Shown here: one piece after another, positions 7,557 through 16,245 of the stretch
Numbering within the stretch: the first letter of the stretch is position 1
Layout: every line of letters starts with the position of its first letter
DNA from: Chthonomonadales bacterium
GTDB taxonomy: Bacteria; Armatimonadota; Chthonomonadetes; Chthonomonadales; CAJBBX01
Direction: 5' to 3'
DNA: 19,866 nucleotides
Assembly (NCBI GenBank): GCA_049967475.1
Contig: JBMFSQ010000041.1
Coordinates: 1-19,866 of the forward strand
Translations under genes and position numbers: made by a program
Notes under the pieces: generated by a model
Seen by the model: the letters and a program-made list of their open reading frames with translations, nothing else
What the model was told of the DNA's origin: nothing
Databases searched by the model: none

Positions 7557-8675
7557 CTAATGCACGCGCAGGCCGCTCAAAAGGTGGCGCACCACTGTGC
7601 GCTGCGGCGACGAAAGGGGCAGTTGTTCCAGCGCACCCGCATCAACCCAGGCCACCTCCGCACAGTCCACAGGTTCGGGGATGCCGGTCCAATCCCGAGC
7701 GCGATACGCATGAAGGGTTACGGAATAACGGGTAACGCGGTGCCTCACCGATGCGACGCAGGCGCCTGAAGATGCGTGCACTCCTGCGACCTCACGGGCG
7801 GCGCGTTCGGCACAAGACCCCGGCGCCTCGTGCGCCATGCACTCCCTACGCGGGAACTCCCACAATCCGCCCCACCGCCCCTCGCGATGCCTGCGCACCA
7901 TAAGGTAGGCGCCGTTCGCCTCGATGACGATGGCCGCATGCGTTACCGCGGTGACAGGCTTCCTGCAGCGCCGGCGAGGCCACGAATTGGGTTGCCCTCT
8001 GTCCGCAGCCCGGCAGAAGCGCCGCACGGGACAATCGCTGCATTGGGGCTTTGCTGGCAGGCATACGAGGGCGCCCAGCTCCATCACTGCCTGGCTGATC
8101 TCCCTTGGGCTCTCGGCCGTCATAAGCGCCGTCAGAACCTCGGCGGCGGTTCGGCGCGCCTCGGCGCCGGAGGCATCCAGCGCCAGGAGGCGTGAGAGCA
8201 CGCGCGATGCGTTCCCATCTATCGCCGGGAATGGCCGATTGAAAGCAATGGAGAGGAGGGCGCCCTTCGTATAAGCGCCCACTCCCGGCAGGGAAGCCAA
8301 GGTCGCCGGATCCGAAGGCACGATTCCCCCGAAGCGTTCCACGACGATCGCCGCCGCTCGGTGCAGGTTGCGCGCTCTGGCATAGTATCCCAGGCCGCTC
8401 CACACAGCTAGAACGTCGTCCAGCGGCGCTGCAGCCAAGGCTTCTACCGTAGGCCACCGTTGCATCCAGCGCAGATAATAGGGCTCCACAGCCGCCGCCT
8501 GCGTCTGTTGAAGCATCACTTCAGAGACCCACACGGAATAGGCGTCATCCAGGCGGCGGCGCCAGGGAAGATCGCGCTGGTTCATGCGAAACCAACGGAC
8601 GAGGCTCGAGGCGATCGCGCCCGCATCTTCAAGCGCATCGGCCCTCGTAACCTCTTGCATGGCGCAGGAGCACAT
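7557..8675 (-). CDS. mutY: A/G-specific adenine DNA glycosylase MutY
   Basis: 'RDLPWR', 'VWVSEVMLQQT', 'WSGLGYYARARNLH', HhH 'LPGVGAYT', 'IDGN', Fe-S motif 'CLPAKPQCSDCPVRRFC', C-terminal Nudix-like domain 'GGLWEFP'. Start reassigned to ATG 8675 (GGAGG 5 nt upstream; alternative 8660) because the track start at 9026 overlaps nfi. Confidence 0.95.
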   Translation of the reverse strand: MCSCAMQEVTRADALEDAGAIASSLVRWFRMNQRDLPWRRRLDDAYSVWVSEVMLQQTQAAAVEPYYLRWMQRWPTVEALAAAPLDDVLAVWSGLGYYARARNLHRAAAIVVERFGGIVPSDPATLASLPGVGAYTKGALLSIAFNRPFPAIDGNASRVLSRLLALDASGAEARRTAAEVLTALMTAESPREISQAVMELGALVCLPAKPQCSDCPVRRFCRAADRGQPNSWPRRRCRKPVTAVTHAAIVIEANGAYLMVRRHREGRWGGLWEFPRRECMAHEAPGSCAERAAREVAGVHASSGACVASVRHRVTRYSVTLHAYRARDWTGIPEPVDCAEVAWVDAGALEQLPLSSPQRTVVRHLLSGLRVH

Positions 8676-8701
8676 CGGGACCTCCGGTCGTGGAGCATGC
8701 T

Positions 8702-9385
8702 TCACGAGGAGCCGGATGCGACCCGAGCCGAACGCCGCACCTCGTTTGCCAGGCGGTGAGCTGCCCGGATGGGCTCCGGAAGGCGTGCTCCGGAAATGCA
8801 GCGCAAGACCACTTCGATGGCCCCCTCCAGATTGATGCGGTGCCCGGGAGACACGAAGACCGGCGCCACCCCACGCCGGGTGCGCAGCGCTGCTCCCACC
8901 ACAATTCCGCGCAGTGTGAGGGGGCTCCAATCGCCGGGATTGGGGCCCGGTGCCGCATAATCGCCCACCAGTACCGACTTCGCACACCCAACCGAAGGGA
9001 CGTCCCACAGGACGCCCAGGTGGCAAGCCAGGCCGAAGCTCCTTGGATGAGCCAACCCGTGGCCGTCACAAAGCACGATATCCGGCCGGCGCGTCAAGCG
9101 GCTGCGGGCTTCCGTGAGGATCGGCAGCTCCCGGAATGAAAGGAGGCCCGGCACGTAGGGAAAGGGAGCGCAGCCGGAAGCCGTTCCCTGTTCTACGACA
9201 ACCCCATCGGCCCATCGCATCACAACGACGGCCGCATGGAGGATGGAGCTGTGCCATTCGGAGGAAGTGTCCACTCCCGCAACGAGTTGCACGGAAGCCA
9301 AAGGCAGCGGCTCGATGCGCACGCGATCCCTAAGCTCCGCCTGCAGGGCCATTGCTTCGGCTGTCGTTGCAGCAAGCGCCTCCAT
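8702..9385 (-). CDS. nfi: Endonuclease V (deoxyinosine 3' endonuclease)
   Basis: 'VAGVD', wedge motif 'FPYVPGLLSFRE', 'CDGHGLAHPR.FGLACHLG', 'GCAKS', 'PVFVSPGH', 'RLPEPIRAAH'. Confidence 0.96.
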   Translation of the reverse strand: MEALAATTAEAMALQAELRDRVRIEPLPLASVQLVAGVDTSSEWHSSILHAAVVVMRWADGVVVEQGTASGCAPFPYVPGLLSFRELPILTEARSRLTRRPDIVLCDGHGLAHPRSFGLACHLGVLWDVPSVGCAKSVLVGDYAAPGPNPGDWSPLTLRGIVVGAALRTRRGVAPVFVSPGHRINLEGAIEVVLRCISGARLPEPIRAAHRLANEVRRSARVASGSS

Positions 9386-9406
9386 AAGCCATCTGCCCGA
9401 ACTGAA

Positions 9407-11998
9407 CTAATCGCCCGACCGCGCACTTGGGGGCGCATCCTCTGCCATGCCTTTCGGAACCGTGAAACTGCCGCTTCGCACGATGGGAGGCATGGGTGTT
9501 TCCGATCCCTTGACGGAATGCCATACGATCTCCGTGAGAAGGTCATCGGGCACTCCATCCGCTTGGGCAAAGTTGAGCCGGGCGCTCACGTCGGCCTTGT
9601 AGGCACTCTTTCTGTTGATCTCGCCGGCTATCTCTTTTGCCGGGAGGATTGCCGTGAAGGGCTCATCATTCTCCGGCCGATCTGTGAAGCACGTAAACAC
9701 CGTAGCACCTGCATCGTACTGTGTGAGCGGCGGCAACCCAAGCAGTAATTCCATGGTGCGGAGTACGCTGTCGGTATTGTAGAACGTGTGATCCACGGAG
9801 GACCTCTTCACGTAGGGACTGATCACGTAACACGGGGACCGATGGGCATCCACGTGGTCATTCCCGTTCTGCGCGTCATCCTCTACGATGAAGATGGCGG
9901 TCTCCTTCCAGAAGGGGCTGTGGCTCACTGCTTCCACCACCTGGCCCACTGCGTAGTCGTTGTCGGCGACCATTGCGCGTGGAGTATGAAGCCCCGCCGA
10001 AGTGCCTGCCGTATGGTCGCGCGGAAGGCGCAGCATCGTGAAGGCAGGCATAGACCTACGCCGAACCTGTTCGTCGAATTCACGCTTCCATTCGGTAAAG
10101 CGGCTGGGGGAGTGGTGCGAGCCGTAGGTCTTGCGGGGCGGCGGGGGAAGGTCGAGCTTCTGGTACACCTCACTGTCGGCGTACCCCATATCGAACTGCA
10201 GGAAATCGAGATCCGTGTGTCCCACCAGGGTCTTTTTGTTGGGTGTGTTGTAGATTGCAATGGGCCGGCCGTCGGGTCCCCGATCGCCTGGTCCGGCAAA
10301 GCTCAGGTAGAAGCCATAGTTGCGGTAGGAGAGGCCCTTTTTGGCAACGGCGTCCCAGATGTATCCGGTGGCGGGAGCGGCCACATCGGTGAGGCCCAAA
10401 AGGTCCACGGGGACGCCGTTGTTCTGGCCTTCGAAATCGTACTCGCGGCCCCGCCCGCTGTAGTTGTAAGGAGTATTGCGCTCCGTATATTCCGAGGCCA
10501 TGCCGGCAGTGCTCCACACCCAGCCGTCGGCAGACACCTCCGCAGGGCAATAGAAGTTGTCCAGAAGCACAAAGCGTTCGGCCAGAGCATGCTGGTTGGG
10601 AGTTACATCTCTTGGGAACAGGCAAAGGGAAGGATCGCCGTTGCCTTCCTTGAGGTCACCCAGCACCTGATCATAGGTCCGGTTCTCTTTAATGATGTAG
10701 ATAACGTGCCGGATGCCTTTGGGCAAATCTGGGGCGGCTCGTGAGGCCAGCGTGCTTCCGGCGTTGTTGGCCAATGTCTGGGCCGTCAAGCGCGCCAACT
10801 CATCCCTGCCGGGCACATCCATCACGGACACGCACCCTTCGATAATGTTCTCGATATAGCGCCCCCAGCGGCCGACGTTGGTGTGGTTTGGGTTGCGGGC
10901 CTGGACGCCCTTGGCATTGGCCACGAAGAGGCGCGACCCGTCGGGCGACACGGCAACTGCCGTGGGATACCACCCCACAGGGATGTACCCCTGAAGGGAC
11001 CCTTGAGGCAACGCCACCACTGCCACAGCATTCATATCGGCCAAGGTGGCATAGAGGGTGCTCCCATCCGGGGCAAGACATACGGCGGTTGGGGTGCACC
11101 CGGGAAGTCCGCGCGCTTCGGCCGGGCGAAGGAGTATGGTCTGCACCACCCGGTCCGAAGCGGTGTCTATCACGCTTATGGTGTCCGACCCGGCATTGGC
11201 CACGTAAAGGCGCTGCTGCGCTGCATCCAGGGTAAGCGCCATGGGATGCTTTCCAACCTGGATATTGCGGAGGAGGCGTGCGGCAGCCGGGTCAACAACG
11301 GACACGACGGCGTCCCTCTCGCTGGTTACGTAGACCTTCCTGCCTGCTGCCGGGCCTCTGGTGGGCGCGGCGACGGCGAAGGGAAAGCCCGGCAATTCTA
11401 CCCTGCGCGGTTCGGCTCCGGCAGGGAAGATCGTAAGGGCTCCCTTGAGGCGAGTTGCCGCCGTCGTAAGGTTGTTCGCGGCATAAAGGGTTGATCCATC
11501 GGAAGCTGCGGCAATTCCCGCCACGTCCGTGGGCCACGGATGCTCTTTGGGCGACGGCGGTTCAGCGAGCGCTTGCCCCGTGTCCGTAAGCTCGCCTTCC
11601 GCCGACACGGAGTAGATCTCGATCTTGCCTTCAGTTCCGCGAGATGCATACAACCGATATCCCCCGGGTGCAGGTACGAAAGCAAGCCCGTAGTACAGTC
11701 CCTGCTTGCGTCCGTTCCGAGTGCCGTTGACGCTCAACTGGGATACGATGTGGCCGTCCACAGTACTAAGGATGGAGAGATACTGCCGGTATCCGGTATT
11801 GGTGACCGCCAAGAAGCGGCCGTCGGGGCTCATCTGGATGTTCGCTGGAAACGAGCCGACCGCTACAGATTGGCCCCGGGGCGTGATGTCCCTTCCGGTG
11901 GGCAATCTGTTTTGGGCGCAAAGGCCTGTGGCGGCAAGAACGAGAATCAGACAGAACGGGGTTACGAGGTGCCGTACAGAACGGGTATTCCGCGCCAT
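9407..11998 (-). CDS. Secreted YVTN/YncE beta-propeller + phosphoesterase (alkaline phosphatase superfamily) fusion protein
   Basis: Start ATG 11998 with AAAGGAG RBS and signal peptide; propeller repeats (VYVTSE, LYVANAGSDTISVID, LFVANAKG); phosphoesterase motifs 'HVIYIIKENRTYD', 'VSADG', 'LPRDHT', 'EDDAQNGNDHVDAHRS'. Confidence 0.9.
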   Translation of the reverse strand: MARNTRSVRHLVTPFCLILVLAATGLCAQNRLPTGRDITPRGQSVAVGSFPANIQMSPDGRFLAVTNTGYRQYLSILSTVDGHIVSQLSVNGTRNGRKQGLYYGLAFVPAPGGYRLYASRGTEGKIEIYSVSAEGELTDTGQALAEPPSPKEHPWPTDVAGIAAASDGSTLYAANNLTTAATRLKGALTIFPAGAEPRRVELPGFPFAVAAPTRGPAAGRKVYVTSERDAVVSVVDPAAARLLRNIQVGKHPMALTLDAAQQRLYVANAGSDTISVIDTASDRVVQTILLRPAEARGLPGCTPTAVCLAPDGSTLYATLADMNAVAVVALPQGSLQGYIPVGWYPTAVAVSPDGSRLFVANAKGVQARNPNHTNVGRWGRYIENIIEGCVSVMDVPGRDELARLTAQTLANNAGSTLASRAAPDLPKGIRHVIYIIKENRTYDQVLGDLKEGNGDPSLCLFPRDVTPNQHALAERFVLLDNFYCPAEVSADGWVWSTAGMASEYTERNTPYNYSGRGREYDFEGQNNGVPVDLLGLTDVAAPATGYIWDAVAKKGLSYRNYGFYLSFAGPGDRGPDGRPIAIYNTPNKKTLVGHTDLDFLQFDMGYADSEVYQKLDLPPPPRKTYGSHHSPSRFTEWKREFDEQVRRRSMPAFTMLRLPRDHTAGTSAGLHTPRAMVADNDYAVGQVVEAVSHSPFWKETAIFIVEDDAQNGNDHVDAHRSPCYVISPYVKRSSVDHTFYNTDSVLRTMELLLGLPPLTQYDAGATVFTCFTDRPENDEPFTAILPAKEIAGEINRKSAYKADVSARLNFAQADGVPDDLLTEIVWHSVKGSETPMPPIVRSGSFTVPKGMAEDAPPSARSGD

Positions 11999-12193
11999 GG
12001 ATCGCACTCCTTTCCCGAGGATGCTTCCGTACAAGCACGGTACGATCATCGCACCGCGCGGCATCAGTGTACCCGCGGGGGTCAAAGTTGCCACCCCATC
12101 CCGGCGGTAGATGAAGGGGTCGGAAGGGTTGACGGCGAAAGGACCGGTGGTTCGCGTCCGCGACGCGGCAACTACGCCTGCGAGGCCGAAACC

Positions 12194-12748
12194 ATGGGAC
12201 GACGGCGCTCACGTTCGCGAAAAACGAGTTCTGCAGCATGGGTAGTAGCCTTGGTGGCAGCCGCCGTGGTGGTGGCCGTCCTCTTCACCGCCCAACAGCG
12301 AGCCGCCCAAGAGCAGGACCAGCGTGACCGCGCCGCCAAGGCTCGGCAGCCTGCCCCATTGGCTGCCATGTCCCCTCCACCGCCCGCTCCCTTTTCAGCT
12401 CCTCCTTCATCCACGCGGGCTTTGGCTGCAGGGGTCGAAGAGCCCGCAACCGGTGGCGCCCATTTTGACGTTCCTCCGGCGTCGCCTGGACTGGAGCTGC
12501 TGGACCATCATCCCGAACCAGGGAAGTATTGTTGGTACATCGTTGGGCGGATACGCAACAATTCGGACGCCGCCTTCGGATATGTGCGGGTGCGAGCGCA
12601 TGTGTACGATGGCGCGCACAAGCTCATCGCAAGCCCTTCCGACAGCACCTCGGAGCTGGCGGCCCACGAAGTGTGGCACTTCAAGATCGTTGTAACGGAT
12701 CCCGAGGCTCGCGGTTACCGCATCGCCGGCATCTCGGACACGCCGTGA
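12194..12748 (+). CDS. Membrane-anchored FxLYD-domain-like protein (184 aa)
   Basis: Likely start ATG 12194 within track ORF 11540..12748. Basic N-terminus, single TM helix, Pro/Ala-rich linker, then Ig-like 'IVGRIRNNSD...YVRVRAHVYDG..KLI...L...EVWHFKI' matching the FxLYD pattern. Confidence 0.8.
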   Translation: MGRRRSRSRKTSSAAWVVALVAAAVVVAVLFTAQQRAAQEQDQRDRAAKARQPAPLAAMSPPPPAPFSAPPSSTRALAAGVEEPATGGAHFDVPPASPGLELLDHHPEPGKYCWYIVGRIRNNSDAAFGYVRVRAHVYDGAHKLIASPSDSTSELAAHEVWHFKIVVTDPEARGYRIAGISDTP

Positions 12749-12772
12749 ATTCTCAGTTCGAATAGGCTGGAG

Positions 12773-12786
12773 GGTCTCCGGAGACC
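12773..12786. promoter_or_regulatory. Perfect 14-bp palindrome GGTCTCCGGAGACC, candidate operator or hairpin
   Basis: Exact self-complementary sequence in the ~100-bp intergenic region upstream of the GH2 gene; function not established. Confidence 0.3.
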
Positions 12787-12851
12787 GAGCGGCTTCCGGG
12801 CTCCGACACGGTGCATCATGAAGCCGCAATCGCATACCATGGAGGAGCCCC

Positions 12852-15800
12852 TTGATCCTGGTAGAGTTGGTGGCGGGAATAGCACTGGCTGCTTCCTTTA
12901 CGGTGGGAGGACCCTCTCCCGCAGAGAATGAAGCGCTGCAAGCAACAGCTTCGGCATCGGAAACCTATGCAGACTTCTCACCGCAAAAGGCGGTGGATGG
13001 GCGTCAGGACACGCGCTGGTCCGGCATCCCTGGCCACAATTCCGGCGTATGGTTCCAGTTGAAGTGGCCCGCCCCGGTGCCGATAGGCGAGGTCGTCATC
13101 CACCAGTACGAACGTTTCACCCACGAAATGGACGTTCAGGTGTGGAACGGAGCCGCCGGGGAGTGGCGCACGGTGCGGCATCTGGGCCGGCCCGGCGAGC
13201 GCCTGCCGAAGGTGATTGTGTGTTCCTTCGCGCCGATCACTACATCCGCCGTGCGCCTTGCCGAGATAACCAATGGCCCAAGCTTTACGGAGCTGGAGGT
13301 CTACGCCCGCCCCAGCCCACCCGTCGTCCGAATGGCCTCGGATCTGCGCGGTCGCTTCGTAGGGGTATTGACAGACCGTTTCGGCTCCATGCCCGTTCCG
13401 GGCGCTACGATCCGCGTGTCGGCGCGGTGCGCGGGCGGGGAATGGAAGCAGGAAACCGTGTCCGGCGCCGACGGCATCTTCTATTGTCCTATGCCGCCCG
13501 GCCTGCGCGGGGAGGTGTCGGTAGAGGCTGCATCCCAGGATGCGGGCGCTGCCACGGCGCATTTCTCGGCGGCACAGTTTCCCTATTCCCTTACTCCCCT
13601 TCCCCAGGGAGGACCCGTACAAAGCCTCAATGGCGTGTGGCGCTTCATGCCCGACGCCTCCGACGGTTCCGCATCGCCCTCGTACAACGACCGGGCATGG
13701 CCAAAGATCAAGGTTCCCGGCCACTGGGAGATGCAGGGTTTCCACCCGTCGAGCGGGCGCGGCATGTACCGCACGCGGTTCCGCCTAGACCGCATCACAG
13801 GCCGGGTCAAACTGCGCTTCGACGGGGTGTACAGCGGGGCAAGCGTATGGGTCAACGGCCGCCTCGTGGCCTATCACGAAGGGGGCTTTACCCCATTTGA
13901 AACGGACATCACCAGCGCGGTGACGGCGGGAGAGAACGTGCTTGCCGTGGGAGTAGCCGAACACACTGTAACTTCCGATGAGCTGGACAAGGCCAGCCTA
14001 TACGCGGATTTCCCTTTGGGCGGTATCCTGCGGGATGTAACGCTCTTCCAGGTGCCGGAAGTGCATGCCGCATCGGTGGAGGTCGCTGCCCGCTTCGACA
14101 AGGCCTATCGTGATGCATTTCTAAACGGCTTCGTCGCCATTGTCAACGAGGGGCCGAGGAATTGGGGCGACGCCGTCGTGAGAATGAGCCTCGAGCTACC
14201 CGGAGGACGGCCGGTGCCGATAGATGCGCCTCCGCAGCACGTCCACATCACGCCCTGGTCCAGAGTGGACGTGCCGATTGCCATCCGATGTAAAGCGCCG
14301 AAGAAGTGGGACGCCGAACACCCCAATCTCTATTCGCTCCATATCTCCTTGGAGCGGACACCCGGCGCAGCCTCAGCGCCATCCGGTGGAGCGCATCCGC
14401 GGGAATTCGACCTGCGCATGCCTGTGGGCTTCCGGCAAACGGAGATTGACGGGACGCGCATTCTCATCAACGGCAGGCCGGTGAAGCTGCGGGGTACCTG
14501 CCACCACGACAGCCACCCTACCATGGGGCGCGCGGTGAGCGCCGGGCTTACAAGACACGACGTGGAGATGATCAAACAGGCCAATCTGAACGCCGTGCGC
14601 ACGAGCCACTACCCCCCACACCCGGAACTGATCTCTGCTGCGGACGAAGCCGGCCTGTACGTAGAGGATGAGGCGCCCTTCTGCTGGGTCTCCGCCGCGG
14701 ATGATTTGCGCTTGGCGCCCCACATCGTGCAACTGACTGCCGAGCTGGTTGCGCGGGACCGAAACCATCCCAGCGTCTTTCTTTGGTCCTTATGCAATGA
14801 AAGTGAATTCGGCCGCTCGTTCCAGGCGAGCCATGAATGGATACGTAACGCGGATCCCAGCCGGCCCACTTCTGCAGCTACAAGCGCGGATCTGGAGGTG
14901 GCTACGCTGCACAATCCCATCACCGTTGCGCGCATCGCCGAGAATGAAGGGCGAAAGCAGCCCCTCATCTTCGACGAGTCCTTCTGCGTCTTCCAGGGGA
15001 TTTTCGGCGACGCCGGCGAAATGTGGGTGGATCCCGGCATTCGCGATGCTTATGTAGAGCCGCTGGGTGCAATCTACCGCCGTTTCATGGAGAGCCGCGT
15101 CACGTGCGGTTCTATGATTTGGTGTTGGGCCGACGACATCTTCTGCGTGCCGGGCCGCGGTCTGGAATATGGACGCGGCGCCACACGGGTGCATTGGCTG
15201 GAGACGAATTACCGGCTGCCGGGCCGCGGGCTGGTGGGCGATGCGCCTTGGGGCATCGTAGACGGCTGGCGTCGTCCCAAGCCGGAATATTGGATCGTGC
15301 GCAAGCTTCATTCCCCTATCAAGATCCCCGAACAGGTTCTGCCCCTCCCGAAGCGCGGGGAACCGCTGCGCGTACCCGTGACCAACGAGTTCGATTTCAC
15401 AGATCTGGCCGAGATCGAGGGCGACTGGTCCGTCGGGACGGAGCAGGGGACGCTCAAGATGCATGTGGCGCCCCACTCCTCGGGGGAATTGGCAATCATG
15501 CCGCGGCATAGCCCAACGGCCGGCGAAGTATTGGTGCTCAACTTCTACCGTTCCGACGGCACAGCCATAGACACGTACCGGCTTCCGATTGGGCGGGCAG
15601 AAACCGAACAGCCTGCGGTGGAACGCCCCAGCGGCACGGTGCGCGTGCGCGAAGAAGGGAGCTATCCGGACTTCCAAGGGTCCTACGAATGGGAGATCAC
15701 AGCGGAAGGCGCAATCACCGTCCACGCCGCCTTCGTCTATGGCGGACCCGACCTGTGGGTGCGGGAGGTGGGGATGCGCTTCTCTGTTCCACGGGATTGC

Positions 15801-16232
15801 AACGTCCTGGAATGGATGCGCCATGCGGAATGGAGTGTATACCCTCCGGATCACATCGGCCGGCCTCGAGGTACCGCTGCTGCCTTCCCTAGGCACGCTT
15901 CTGGAGCGCCGCCGGCCTGGAGCTGGAGCGCAGACATCACCCCCATGGGCAGCAACGACTTTCGCTCGAGCAAACGGCGCGTCCTTTGGGCTGCAATCCG
16001 CTATCCCGCGGGCGCTGGCATCTTGGTGCAATGCACGGGCACCCAGGCCGTTCGCGCCAACGTCGAGGCGGACCGCGTAGCGGTATACGTGAACGACTGG
16101 TACGGCGGAACGGGAGCGGGATGGACGGAATGGGAAAGCAATTACGGAAGGGGCCGCCTCCTGCGGCACGGCGACCGGTTGGAGGCCGTACTCCGTATGG
16201 AGATCGTACGATTTCGCAACCACGTGCGATAG
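12852..16232 (+). CDS. Secreted GH2 beta-glycosidase (beta-galactosidase-like) with N-terminal discoidin/F5-8 type C (CBM32-like) domain
   Basis: TTG start after GGAGGAG. 'ATASASE...AVDG..DTRWS' discoidin motif; GH2 motifs 'SLNGVWRF', 'LRFDGV', 'HEGGFTPFE', 'WDAEHPNLY', 'VGFRQ', 'RTSHYP', 'RDRNHPSVFLWSLCNES' (acid/base), 'PLIFDES' (nucleophile position). Confidence 0.92.
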   Translation: MILVELVAGIALAASFTVGGPSPAENEALQATASASETYADFSPQKAVDGRQDTRWSGIPGHNSGVWFQLKWPAPVPIGEVVIHQYERFTHEMDVQVWNGAAGEWRTVRHLGRPGERLPKVIVCSFAPITTSAVRLAEITNGPSFTELEVYARPSPPVVRMASDLRGRFVGVLTDRFGSMPVPGATIRVSARCAGGEWKQETVSGADGIFYCPMPPGLRGEVSVEAASQDAGAATAHFSAAQFPYSLTPLPQGGPVQSLNGVWRFMPDASDGSASPSYNDRAWPKIKVPGHWEMQGFHPSSGRGMYRTRFRLDRITGRVKLRFDGVYSGASVWVNGRLVAYHEGGFTPFETDITSAVTAGENVLAVGVAEHTVTSDELDKASLYADFPLGGILRDVTLFQVPEVHAASVEVAARFDKAYRDAFLNGFVAIVNEGPRNWGDAVVRMSLELPGGRPVPIDAPPQHVHITPWSRVDVPIAIRCKAPKKWDAEHPNLYSLHISLERTPGAASAPSGGAHPREFDLRMPVGFRQTEIDGTRILINGRPVKLRGTCHHDSHPTMGRAVSAGLTRHDVEMIKQANLNAVRTSHYPPHPELISAADEAGLYVEDEAPFCWVSAADDLRLAPHIVQLTAELVARDRNHPSVFLWSLCNESEFGRSFQASHEWIRNADPSRPTSAATSADLEVATLHNPITVARIAENEGRKQPLIFDESFCVFQGIFGDAGEMWVDPGIRDAYVEPLGAIYRRFMESRVTCGSMIWCWADDIFCVPGRGLEYGRGATRVHWLETNYRLPGRGLVGDAPWGIVDGWRRPKPEYWIVRKLHSPIKIPEQVLPLPKRGEPLRVPVTNEFDFTDLAEIEGDWSVGTEQGTLKMHVAPHSSGELAIMPRHSPTAGEVLVLNFYRSDGTAIDTYRLPIGRAETEQPAVERPSGTVRVREEGSYPDFQGSYEWEITAEGAITVHAAFVYGGPDLWVREVGMRFSVPRDCNVLEWMRHAEWSVYPPDHIGRPRGTAAAFPRHASGAPPAWSWSADITPMGSNDFRSSKRRVLWAAIRYPAGAGILVQCTGTQAVRANVEADRVAVYVNDWYGGTGAGWTEWESNYGRGRLLRHGDRLEAVLRMEIVRFRNHVR

Positions 16233-16245
16233 GGGAGTTGAGGGA

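Noticed and set aside
8676..9026. MutY N-terminal extension or an nfi-mutY fusion/frameshift
   Set aside because: The extension is an off-frame reading of nfi. Both genes are complete with their own stops, and mutY has its own RBS.
11540..12193. 5' part of the 402-aa plus-strand ORF
   Set aside because: Antisense to the phosphoesterase gene; only the part from 12194 looks like a protein.
12000..12193. Sigma70 promoters in the divergent intergenic region
   Set aside because: TTGACC and TTGACG hexamers lack a correctly spaced -10; only a weak GTGGCA-17-TACACT on the minus strand, too poor to call.
12773..12786. Paired BsaI sites as a cloning or synthetic scar
   Set aside because: No other vector or synthetic features; the flanks look like native intergenic DNA.
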